Below, one piece after another: positions 13,181-24,370 of a stretch of 64,000 bases of DNA. The translations under genes were made by a program, and so were the position numbers. The notes beneath the pieces were generated by a model that saw only the letters and a list, made by a program, of their open reading frames with translations, did not search any database and was not told the DNA's origin. The DNA lies in contig CP089276.1 in the NCBI GenBank assembly GCA_023920165.1, positions 1,922,001 through 1,986,000 of the forward strand. The letters run 5' to 3'. Position 1 is the stretch's first letter. Every line of letters starts with the position of its first letter. Origin of the DNA: Curvularia clavata. Taxonomy: Eukaryota.

Positions 13181-13576
13181 TCATCTCCCCTTGATCCCGC
13201 CACTCCACACCAACCAAGCCACGCCTTCCCAGCACAGCACAATCCCCCAAAACACCGCTTGAAATCCACTCTTCCTCGTCTTGTGTTGGAAATAATGCAT
13301 ACCCGCTAATGCGCCCGGCCACCCTCCCGCTAGCGCCAGTGTCTGCAACGTCGTTTCCCTGACCCTCCAGTTCAGGTTCCGTGCTTGCATCTTATCGTAG
13401 CCGTAGAACAGGAACGCCACCCCGCTCACAGTACTACCATAGAGGATCGCATAGACTGGGAGTTGTGATGCGGCGTAGAGCCGCATGAGTGCTGCTGCGG
13501 GGAGAATGAGCGAAGCGACGCCCGCGAGTGTTGCTATGGTCCAGGGCCGATGGCGGGGGCGCGCCCGCGGTACCAT
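13181..13576 (-). CDS. DUF1294 family membrane protein
   Basis: FLFYGYDKMQARNLNWRVRETTLQTLALAGGWPGALAGMHYFQHKTRK matches the DUF1294 signature (YG.DK..A...WR..E..L...GGW.GA...F.HKT.K). Confidence 0.85.
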   Translation of the reverse strand: MVPRARPRHRPWTIATLAGVASLILPAAALMRLYAASQLPVYAILYGSTVSGVAFLFYGYDKMQARNLNWRVRETTLQTLALAGGWPGALAGMHYFQHKTRKSGFQAVFWGIVLCWEGVAWLVWSGGIKGR

Positions 13577-14309
13577 GGCTGTGTGATTGAGTGCTCAAGG
13601 GCAAAGACACGGATACATCGTTGGCGGCACAACTGCAGGCACTGAATCGACGTGTTTTTCGAGAGGCGATGCGCGATGACTTGTACCTTTTTGATGTCTT
13701 GTCGATCTCCCGTTTCGACAGACATGCGGCGCTTGTGCGGAAGAGGTATAGTCGGTTGAGGGACTAGCAACTACTCGTAGTATACTCAACCCTCCAACCT
13801 TTGCAATACGCTAGACACTGTTTCTCATCCGCTTCTTTCTACTCAATTCCACCATTAGATATTTCCAGCACCAAAAGGCCAGCTCTATACTAACATCCTG
13901 TTCGTGGTCGAACCACTCATAGCAGCGTTGCGAACTACCCGAGCAAATCGACTTGAGTTGATTTAGCCAAGAATCAGGCGTCAAATTGATGTTGAAGCTC
14001 TATACATAATGCACAAATACATTGAACATTTTGCTATAGTAAAATAGCAGCAATTTTGGCGGGGTCTTGGTACTTCTACCTATTCGTCTGCCCGCGTCTC
14101 TCGCCAGTCCGCGTCTTTTGCCCGTCTCCGTCTTTCGCCCGTTCCAAACATTAGTCGTATAGCCTACAGGTAAACAAACTTGTGCTATCTGAGAAATGAA
14201 TGGTTATTATAAAGGATAGTCTTCAAGACTAGGCTATTGTTAATCCTCTCATTCCCATTATCATTCTCAAGTTTGGCAGCCCATATTTCCAAGACTCAAA
14301 ATCCACACC

Positions 14310-14869
14310 ATGACACCGCCAGTCCTGGAAGGAAACAAATTCTGCAACACAGCCATAAGGGTTAAAAACATAGATGGTTCTACGAGCTTCTATGTTGGTG
14401 TCCTTGGTATGAAGGAACTATATCGTATGGCTCTACAAAACGCAACCCTTGTATGGCTCGGATACCCCAACTGTGCTGACGACAGTACTCCACTGAGCAG
14501 GAGAGAGGGGGTATTGGAGCTCGTCGCTAAGAAAGTTTGTTCCATGTACAGACGTGGCGTAAAACAATGTAGCAGCTGACATTGGAAAAGGATTCTCATG
14601 TAGATGATCAGCATGATCATTCCAACTCGCATCCTATCAAGCTCGCCTTCCATGTCGCAGACTTGCCTCAGTTTATGGAACGTGTCAAGCAGCAAAATAT
14701 AAAAGTATTGAAAGAAGTGGGAGCTGCAGAAGCCCCAGAGGCAGTGGCATCATTCATGGGCTGTACGCCTACCGATCTGAAATCTGATGCGGTCGTATGG
14801 GAGAGCTTGAAGGAGGTTTGCTTTGTAGAAGACCCGGATGGTTATCTTGTCGAGATTGTGCCGTATTGA
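14310..14869 (+). CDS. Glyoxalase/VOC-family protein (lactoylglutathione lyase-like), 2 exons (14310-14534, 14591-14869)
   Basis: TAIRVKN..STSFYVGVLGM, REGVLEL and FVEDPDGYLVEI; intron GTTTGT..CTGAC..AAG in phase 0. Confidence 0.8.
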
Positions 14870-15315
14870 GCAGCGTGGCCTGATCATCGTATCGCTGGCC
14901 AGGATAGCCAGCACGTTAGACTCTGCTAAAACACGAGCTTTTCCTGCTATAATGGATCCTGAGGCTACAGCTTTATGAGTCATTCTGATTAACACAATCC
15001 TTGTCACGGTTAATTTCCGATTCGTCAAAGGGCCATGTCACCAAATTACAGTAATAAAAAGCTTGTTTCTGAATATGGATATCAATGCGATTCCTACACA
15101 GCTGGTTAAGAAATTAAACACTAACACTACCTTCCAAGCCACCAGACTAATTGACTTGCAATCAAGTATGTTTACAGTTATGTGCGCTTTGTAAAGCGGG
15201 ATTCACATAGACAAAGGAAAACACATCAAGGGCGTGACGCAGCGAGACCCATAGTTTAGACTTGAAAAATGTGTGTGATCCGCTAAATACAAGACATGAT
15301 GACTCTTTCAAAAGC

Positions 15316-17006
15316 TTAAGAGGAAAGAGCATCAACGCAGCCAAAGTGCTGCTCAACACCGTACGCGCCAGCAGCCTTCCAGGTGTCGTCCTGGAAAGAG
15401 AAGACACAGGCGTGAGAGCCAACCTTCTCCTGGATGCTCTTCATGGCGATCTTCTGGTCCTCCACGCTAGCGATGGCCTTGCCGTTGGCCTGGCCAGAAG
15501 AAGGCCAGCCAATCTCGCCAATGTACTTGCCCTTGCCAGCGGCGCCAGGGCACACCTTGGCGGCTTGGTCGAGTTGCTGGGCAGCAAAGTCACCAGCCAT
15601 ATCGGCGCTGATGGACTGGGTGAAGTAGGGCTGGACCTGGCAGACAAAGACGTCAATGTGGTCGCAGAGGGCAGCACCCATCTCCTCCCAGATGTTGACA
15701 GGCTCAGTGGTGGTGACGGCAACAGACGAGGGGAAACCAGCGCCCTGGAGCTCCTGGCGAACGTGGTCAATGTAGGAAGCGAGCTCCTCGGGCTTGCAGT
15801 TGCCGTTGAACATGCACTCGTTACCGACGATGACCATGGCGACAGAGTCCTTGGGGGCCTTGTTCTTAATGTCCTGGAGCTGCTCGTCGGCGTACTGGGA
15901 GAAGCAGCCCTTGCCGTCCTTGCCACCAGCCTCGAGGAAGATACCGTAGATGATCTTGAGTCCATGCTTCTGGCACTCGGGAACGACGTGCTCGAAGACA
16001 CCGCAGTCAGTGCTGTAGGAGCGGATGGTGGTGAAGCCAAGATCAGAGATCTTCTTGATATCGGAGGCAATCTCCTCAGCAGTCTTGCACTGACCAGACT
16101 GGGCGTAAGGAGTGTAGGTGATGGCCCACTTGTCGCCGTTGGTTACAATGTGGCCATTGCCACCAGCGGGGGCAGAGGGCTTGGGCTTGTCACTTCCTTG
16201 GGAGGGAGTGGGCTTTTCTCCAGAGGGGTAGGTAGCGGGCTTGCTCTGCTCAGGAACAGCAGGGTAGGAAGGCTGGTTGGGCTTAGGGGTCTCAGGCTGG
16301 CTGGGCTTGGACTCCTTGGGAGGCTGAGGAACAGCCGGGTAAGCAGGCTGGCTTGGCTGGGGAACAGCCGGGTAGGCTGGCTGGCTCTGCTGAGGAACTG
16401 GGGCAGGTCCAGTGGGCTTGGGGGTCTCCTCAGTGCAAGAGGTAGACTCAGGGACAGCAGGCTTGCTTTCCTGGGGAACGGCCGGCTTGCTTGGCTGGGG
16501 GACCGAAGGGTAACCGGGCTGGCTCTGCTGAGGAACAGCGGGCTGGCTCTGAGGGGGAACGGCAGGGTAGCCAGGCTGGCTCTGCTGGGGAACGGGGGCA
16601 GGTCCAGTGGGCTTGGGGGTCTCCTCAGTGCAGGAGGTGGACTCCGGGACAGCAGGCTGGCTCTGCTGAGGGACAACAGGGTAGCCAGGCTGGCTTTGCT
16701 GGGGAACAGCTGGGTAGGCAGGCTTCGAGACCTCTGGGACAGAGGGCTTGGGGGTCTCAGGGGTGGCAGTGGGGTAGTGAGGAGCTGGGTGCTCTGGAGG
16801 AAGTTAGGATACTACTTCATCTTTTCAGCAATTGCTCCGTGGAAGAACTAACCTGGGGTCACGTAGACGGTGGTGTAGACCGTGCAAACATCAGCCTGAG
16901 GAGCCACTGGGTACTCGTGGCGGCGCTGGTGGAAACCAGCATGGGCCTTGTGCTGAGAGGCGAAGACTGACCCAACGAGGGCAGCGGTAACAAAGGCGTA
17001 CTTCAT
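15316..17006 (-). CDS. Secreted GH17 cell-wall beta-glucanase/glucanosyltransferase (BtgE/Scw11-like) with Pro/Gln-rich repeat linker; 2 exons (17006-16853, 16793-15316)
   Basis: Signal peptide MKYAFVTAALVGSVFA; catalytic domain WAITYTPY..GQCKT..IRSYSTDC, VIVGNE, YIGEIGWPS and FSFQDDTWK..GAYGVEQHFG. Confidence 0.85.
16230..16760 (-). repeat. Intragenic imperfect tandem repeats encoding (A/G)YPAVPQQSQP units and two copies of PAVPESTSCTEETPKPTGPAPVPQQSQP
   Basis: Near-identical ~60-bp blocks start at about 16402 and 16597, interspersed with repeated ggctggctctgctg.ggaac motifs. Confidence 0.85.
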
Positions 17007-18524
17007 CTTGGATGCAATAATAGGTTTTTAGTAGCTAGGGCAGGGTGATCGTCCGCTGAGCGAGTGAAGCGGGTAATATTAAGGTATAATGTGTATAACG
17101 AGTGACGGGGCACAATAGGCCAAAGAATTACTTGCCAACGAGGCGATGCGTAACGAAAAGCCTTGCGTAACGACAAGAGAAAAGAATTCGAAACCAGGCT
17201 GGACAGCCAGCGCTTTTGAGTGATGGGCCATGGCCTGTGAGCCAACCAGGCAGTGGGCCGCTGTGGCTCAAAAGGCGTTAGTTAGGGGTGCTGGAAATTA
17301 CTACGGCTATTGCTGGACAAGAAAGGTATGGACATCCTGTGACCGGCTCTATTGAGTTCCCAAGTTGTCCCGAGCGGAAATGACATCTGGGGTATGGCGG
17401 TCGTGTTGGGTGGAGTGCGGATCGGCTCTAGCCTCGGATGCGGTTAAGCGCATTTACCCTGCTTCACCCTGAACAACACGACCAAGTGCGTCACTACAAG
17501 CACAATGCTACCTTTCGTACGCGCGCATTCCTCTGGATGCCATGAATCCTTGCGTATCAAGGAACACACTGCGCCTTTCTTACATACTCGCCATGGATGG
17601 ATCCCTCAGCTGTCAAGGCGTGCCGCTCCTGTGCTGACAGCTTACCAACGGGCACCTCACCAAGCCAATGACATTCCGGCTAACGGCAGTGACCATAGCA
17701 TTTCACGCGTGGTTAAGTCTTGTGCATCTCACAAGGACAAGGCGGAACCATGGCCACAGCGCTAGTTAATATGCAGGTACCGAACGGTCTGGGCAGGGAA
17801 TTGCTTTCCTGACCGCTGTTTAATTGGCCGAGGTTCGTATTCATGACATGGGGGAAGGACGGTAGTGGAGGCCTGGGGGCGTGCCCCCTTTCTACGACTC
17901 AATGCCACACAGAAATAGTATTCCCGCTAGTTATCGATGATGGACGTTGCTAAGCTCTCTGGACAGGGGTGCCTGTCGCGCTGAAACTTTATTATACATT
18001 TGTGCGAGCCAAATGCTATAGAACTGTGAGGCTGCCAGAAATGAGATCGACGCATATGGCCATTCCCACGCCGCGGAACCAGGTGCGATGCAGATAATTC
18101 GTCTTGTAGCCGAGTGTGCTTGTATCTACAGTGCCATTCTATCTTGTTGTCGACCATGTGCAACAAGGGTCAGCCGACCATCGACCTATATAGCAACCCC
18201 AAGCGCGGGTCTTATTCGCGCTAGGGACTGGTTAGTTGACACGAGACTGGAGCTACGACAATGGACTCGGCAAGTATCGTTATACTAGCAAATTAGCAAG
18301 TCATACCTTATCACAATCTCCGATATTCATATAACATGTCATCATCACTGGGAGTTCACTACACATCGGCTGAAATGTTGCTGACAGTAATTATCTCTTA
18401 CTATTGCATCTATCGCATTTATTGCTGAGAAGACATTCAAAACTATGGAAAAAGATATTATACATTCATCATTACAGCAATGCCAAGCTCTCCACGGCAA
18501 CTTCAAACTTACTTTTCATCTTCG

Positions 18525-19739
18525 CTATGCCCTGACACTCTCTGGGCCATAATAGTGTGCTCTGAACATATTCGAAAACTCCTTTGCCCCGTTTCCACTA
18601 AAATGCCCTTCCTTGCCCCTGGCAGTCTTGATCGCTGCCTTTGTCGATCGCGGAAACATCTCCTCCTCGTAATCCCTGATACCATCGTCGAGGCTCTTCT
18701 CGCCCTTGCATACCTTGACTATCTCCTGTGACAACACATAGGCATCCTTCATGGCGACATTGACCCCCTCACCAGCGAATGGTGTGAACACATGCGCTGC
18801 GTCCCCGATGAGTGTCACACCGGAGCGACGCGGCCAACGGAACCCTATAGGCAGCTCGTAAAGACCGCGAACCGTCAGGCTATCGTTGCAAGACAAGACA
18901 ACGCGCTTCAGGTCCTCATGAATGTGCGATAAATGGCGCTCCATATACTGCTTCAGTGCTGAATCTTTCTGCGTCCAATCGATGCCGCAAGTCTTGAGAA
19001 AATCTTCCGGTACCCTCAAAGAAGCATATGTCAGCAAACTACCATCGCCCTGTCGCTGAGCCTGGACAGCGCAGCCCTCTCCAAAGGCCATCATTGAGCC
19101 CTCCCCAGCATATTTGAGCAGCCAAGGATCTGCCTTGATATCGTCACAAGTCAGTACAACTGCCGAAATACCAGAGTACGCCGGCATCTGGTCCGTCAGC
19201 GCCTTGCGAACCTTGGACCACGCCCCGTCGCCCCCGACTACCAGATCTGAGCCTTGTTCTATCGTACCGTCCGCAAATACCAGGTCGTACTTGGCCTCGC
19301 CATTTTTCGATGGCACCACCTCTTTCAACTTTTTTCCGAACTGGACTTTCCCCTTCTCCAGTCTCTCAAACATGATTGTCGCAAGGGCCATGCGATCAAT
19401 CTCAGGCCTCGAATCAAACGCTGCCTCGCCTTCCTTGGCCTCTTGCTTGTCGCCCTCATTCTCATCCCAAAAGACCTCGCCGGTTATGAGGTGGACTACT
19501 TTCATCACGTCGCTCTCAGGCCGAGCGTGCTTTTTGAATTCCTCCCATAGATCTGCTTCTTTGAGGGCGAGTTGTCCGGTTTGCGGGTGCAGGTCTAGGG
19601 ACCCGCCTTGTGTGCGGAGAACAGGTGAGGACTCATAGACTGTGAAGGGGATGCTGTGTTTTTGGAGAATGCAGGCGAGGGCGAGCGAGGCTGGGCCGGC
19701 ACCTATGATGCTGATTTTGGGGTGTTGCGGCGATGCCAT
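18525..19739 (-). CDS. FAD-dependent monooxygenase, TetX-like subfamily, intronless
   Basis: IIGAGPAS, QGGSLDLH, RPEIDR, VVGGDGAWSKVR and TLIGDAAH..TPFAGEGVN motifs. An upstream in-frame ATG at 19760 is possible. Confidence 0.85.
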   Translation of the reverse strand: MASPQHPKISIIGAGPASLALACILQKHSIPFTVYESSPVLRTQGGSLDLHPQTGQLALKEADLWEEFKKHARPESDVMKVVHLITGEVFWDENEGDKQEAKEGEAAFDSRPEIDRMALATIMFERLEKGKVQFGKKLKEVVPSKNGEAKYDLVFADGTIEQGSDLVVGGDGAWSKVRKALTDQMPAYSGISAVVLTCDDIKADPWLLKYAGEGSMMAFGEGCAVQAQRQGDGSLLTYASLRVPEDFLKTCGIDWTQKDSALKQYMERHLSHIHEDLKRVVLSCNDSLTVRGLYELPIGFRWPRRSGVTLIGDAAHVFTPFAGEGVNVAMKDAYVLSQEIVKVCKGEKSLDDGIRDYEEEMFPRSTKAAIKTARGKEGHFSGNGAKEFSNMFRAHYYGPESVRA

Positions 19740-20996
19740 GGTTTCGTCGCTTGACGGCATGGATTGTTGTTGGTTTTTCCAAGTCAAGAGTTTGGGTTCG
19801 GCAGAGAAATGGGTTGTGTGTAAAAAGAAGTAGGTAGTAGAGACCAGACGACTCGAGTTCCTCTTTCTTGAAAATCGGAGTCAAGGGTTCGTCTCTGTGT
19901 AATGAAGTAGCTGTCAGGGTGCTTCTCTTCAAGTCCAGGAGTTTGTACAGAAACGACTCCTATACTCTCTTTCTACTGCGCCATTTAAGTACTTTTTCTT
20001 TCACCTTCCTCGAGTTTATTTTACGTCTGCCTAGATGCTCATCATCACGTGAAACACCCTTCTCCTGCAACAGCCTGAGCGATATCCGGCGCTTCTCGGA
20101 TGCCTCGCTCGTTAGAAAAATGCGAACGGTATACACGGTGTACGCATTCTAGTCTCGGTGCCGAGCGGTCTGTTGTAAAGTCCGAGGGGCCGCTAATCCA
20201 TCGACCACCGATTGATCTACTGCGCCACAGGCAACCAACGCCTTATGTGTGGTTATTTGCTCTCTTCTAGTCCAGTACCTATGGGCGCCTAGGCTACGCG
20301 TAATTCATGCTTTAAAGTTCTCACCTAGTGACCATGACTGCATTCATCGTGGTAACCTATTCTCCGATTACTCATCTTGCCTTTCAATTTTGTTGATCAG
20401 TTGAGGTGCAACTCACAAAGCAGGGATATGAAACGCGTTCAGGAATCTGTCTTTGCTCGATACAAACTCCTTATCTTTAATTATCAAAATTGTATCAGGG
20501 ATAAAAAACGTAGAAACATGTCGGATAGACGACTAAGACCGAAATAGGCAGTTTACAATTGGGGATGTACCTGAAAGTCACGTGGTGGCTGCCTGATGTA
20601 CGTCACTTAGTATGGGTGTGGCTGTAGGGATTGCTTCTGGAATTAGTTCGGAATTATATCCCCAACAAGTCTTGAGTCTTTAACCATCCCTGCTATACTT
20701 GGGCAAAATTGTCTGGCGGTGTGCACTTGCGCTTTTGCTGTGATTACATCCGATCAGTAATGGGCTTATGGACCATCATCACAGCGCATCTGTACTAGGC
20801 GTACATGCAATCCCGCGCACAAAGCACTTAGGCACGTTGATGGAGCGGGCCACAAGCTTCCGCTGCCCAATCGTGCGAATTACGTCGTGGTGTTGGGTCG
20901 TGCTCATTCAGGAACCACAATTCCTGGAAACCCCCAACAAGTCTCGACTCCCTCGGGAAAACATCCACGTCATTGGACCCTTAATCAATAGGCCTA

Positions 20997-22078
20997 TCAA
21001 GTCAAACCCAGACCCAAGCCTCGTCGATTTTTCCCCAAACCAGGTCTTTTGGATGCCAACGGAATATTGTGGACTGCGTTTCCAACCCTGACTTTTACAG
21101 CGTCGAACATAGCGCTTGGCGAATCAATGTACTTGCTTGTGTCAATGCTTTGCACGAGAGCTGTCCATTGGGCGTCGGGCTCAGCCAAGTTCCAGGCTAT
21201 GCTGACGTGGAAATATTGCGAGCAATCTTGGGGCTGGGGATCATTCTTGTCGACCTTCCTTCTCTTTGGGCCGCGGTTTTGGTCAACGTCTTCCATCGGG
21301 CCGTCTCCTGCACCGCCGGTATACAAACCAGGGTGTCCGGTGTCTGTAGCAGCTTGGTTGCAAGCACGCAGTAGAGTGTTGAGCTCATCATTCTCTGGCC
21401 GCTTAATGCTCAGGACCAAGAACCAGCGATTGCGCTCAAAGTTGGGCACCCATTTGAGGCCCTGAAACTCGAAGTTGAATGCTGGCACTGCGCTTCGTCG
21501 CAAAGAAGCGCTCAGTGTTTCGAGAAATGTTTCTCTGTCGTCAGTCTTGATTTGCAACGTCCGCGATAGCGATACATGCAGAGGCAACGGCACACCCAGG
21601 TCTGATTGGAGCGAAGGCTTTATCTCTGGTATTGACAGTTTCTTGATGCGTTTAGCGTTTTCCAGTTCAAGTGTGTTCTTCACGTGCTGTATCAAACTGT
21701 GCAAGGCATGGGACTCAGGCTGTGTCGGGATCCCTCCAACAGGTTAGTTGGTCTGCTATGGATGCTGCTCGTGATGCCGTGCTCGTAAGTATCCTTACAC
21801 TCTAGGTAGACGTGACTGGGCCAATTGCCCTGCACGTGAGGGACAGCGCGCCGACGTCCGCCATGTAGGTCTGGATTGTCGCTAGTGCTGACACGGGCAT
21901 TTGTTGCGTAGAGGTCGTGAAAGGCTGGCGGCAGTGGTGGCAGAGCATGTGCGTCGGTGGCTCCACCGCTGCTGGGCGTGGGCTTGGTGGCAGCAGGCTC
22001 GGTAGGGTCGACGCGGATGTTATCATGCCCTGTCTCGTCGTCGTCGGAGGCAGAATCCGGATAAGCGACGAGGGCCAT
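20997..22078 (-). CDS. USB1: U6 snRNA phosphodiesterase Usb1; 2 exons (22078-21799, 21733-20997)
   Basis: [32 protein letters not shown] and two 2H motifs, LHVSLS and FHVSIAW. Confidence 0.9.
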
Positions 22079-22451
22079 GGCGGGCTCGATCGCAAGAGGG
22101 TGAAGGATCACCGCAGCTGTCGTCACTTGTGGATGGAGCCAAGGGTGGGCCCCGCTTTGAGCCTAGCGCATCCGCATGACGTACGGCAGCGATTGGGCCG
22201 CGTCTGCGCTCACCAAGAGGTTACCAGAGAGAACTGACGCAGGGCCGCGACTGAGCCGCCATGACATGTATTGTGTCTACGCGTCCCACTGCATGCGATG
22301 CCTGCTCAGGCATTTATCAGCCCGGCCGCCCCTTCTTGTCCGGTGACCTGGTTTCCCTTCCTCCCTCTTCCATATCATACCTGACATCTCACTCTCCTAC
22401 CTGCTGAACAGAATTACGTCCTCATCTGAAATTTTGCAACACACCACCACA

Positions 22452-23692
22452 ATGGCATTGGAAGCCGTATGTTATTTCTGTCGTTTGAGTGAATACACAT
22501 GCTGATTTTGCAGGCGCATCATGCACTGATTGATCCTCTAATCGAGCCAGACCCAAGCGACGAGACAGGACTGAACAGTCACTTCCGTTCGACTTTTGCG
22601 CCTGCCGCTCCAATTACTCCGCCTGGATCCGCTGGACACCCCAAGGAGCACCCTTCTGTTAGCATTCAAAATACCGGCAGCTCCGTCGAAACCAACCCAT
22701 ATCGTCGCTCGAGGGCTGTGTCGGACACCAAGGGCATGTCACCCTCCATGACGAACTACGGTCAGACTTCATCGCAGAGCAGGCGGTACGATTACCCGTC
22801 CCCTCCCAGCTCTGCCAGTCCCAAACGCAGCCGGTTCCCCAACAATTACCGTGCCGAAGCCCTCGGATCCCTGAACGAACCCAAGCCACGACGAGCCAGC
22901 AACCCGCCTCCATCCACCCTCAACAAAGATGAACTCACCCGAAAAAGCTCCTTGAAAGCACGTTACCCAGGCGACAAGTCCCACAGACCGCTAGACCAAC
23001 TCCGTCATGACGAGAAGGTGGCTCACCGGGCTCCACATCTTAGGAAAAAGAACTTCCAAGGAGCCGACGTCATCGACCGGCTCGATAAGGCGAGCATTGG
23101 TCGTTACCACCACGAAGGTCCCTACGATGCAGCCAGCATCGCTCGCAACAGAGTGGAAAAGTATAGTCCCCTCGCGGCTGTTAAGGATTCCAATGAGGAG
23201 GCACTGAAAGCTACCCCACGCGAGAACATCATCGATGCTGTACAGAGACACCGTCCTCTCGAGGGAGTCGCCAACATTCCCCCGGGTATGGCGGATCGTT
23301 TCGGAAGGGTTCTCGATTACGAGGAGGGAGCCGACCTGCAACGTGAGCCTGGCGGTGATTATCGCCGCTGGCCTGGTGTGGTATGTTTGATTTTGTATCG
23401 ACCCCCAAAAAATACGTCTACTAACGTGCCGTAGCAATATCACCCTGACGACCTCAAGGGCAAGGGCGAACCGTCTTTCACGATTGAGAGAGCCCTCAAG
23501 GAACACAAACGTACTGGCGACAGCGGAACTGAGATGAAGACGCGCAGCCACCGCGCCCGCAGCGCAGGCAACCTTGACAGTCCCCAAGTCATGGGCGTTA
23601 GCAGTAGCAACAATGGCGAAAAGAGCATGGGAAGTGCAATCAAGAGACGAATCGGTAGCATCCGTCGTCGCAAGCACGACGCTGATGCTTAG
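22452..23692 (+). CDS. PAL1: Pal1 cell-morphology/endocytosis protein; 3 exons (22452-22466, 22514-23380, 23435-23692)
   Basis: DVIDRLD..RYHHEGPYDAASIARN..SPLAAV Pal1 core; GTATGT..AG introns in frame. Confidence 0.8.
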
Positions 23693-24370
23693 AATACTCG
23701 ATTTTCCCCACGACCAATGCGCTTCGATGTCATACATGGAGTTTTCTGCACGTTGAGCGAGCGCTTGTCCAACGAAATTGTACCAGAGAAAAGCACGGTC
23801 TCGAATCGCAGGTGTGCTTTTCTCATTTCCTTGTCTTCTCCATATTTCCTTTCGGTCCAGCATAGAGGTATATTGTCAGCGGCTCCATGTGTCCAGCAAA
23901 ACACACCTTCAGTACGATTTCCTTATATTTCTTTTTGAGTAGTCTGGCGCATCTCTGGGTTCTCACGACCAAGTGTCGCTTGGTCGATAATCAGTGTACG
24001 ATATATAAGACGTGGAAAAAAATTGTTAGGTTGGCAAGGAGACGAAATAACGAAGCAATATCATTTTCAATCGTGTTAAACATTACATACCGAATCGTCC
24101 ATGTACGTGTGTGAGGTGCTCAAAAGGAAAAAAACGAGACAGGTAAGCATCCTAGAGAAGAAACCAGACATGCAGCGCTATAGAGGGTATGCGAAGGAGA
24201 AGCAGGATGTGCGCATAGAAAACAGATAGGAGAGTAGGGAAAATAACAGCTTTTCAGAGTCAGCACTTTACCTCATGACCTTGATTCATCCCACTCACTT
24301 AATCGTCGCGTCTTCCAATTTTCGCGTTTTCACGGCAGCAACCCAATTTGTGCTGTTGTTTTCTGTGTGC

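Noticed and set aside
16230..16760. Repeat array as CRISPR-like
   Set aside because: Eukaryotic, in-frame coding repeats without unique spacers.
15262..16851. 529-aa plus-strand ORF
   Set aside because: Antisense shadow of the codon-biased, repeat-rich GH17 gene; no recognisable motifs.
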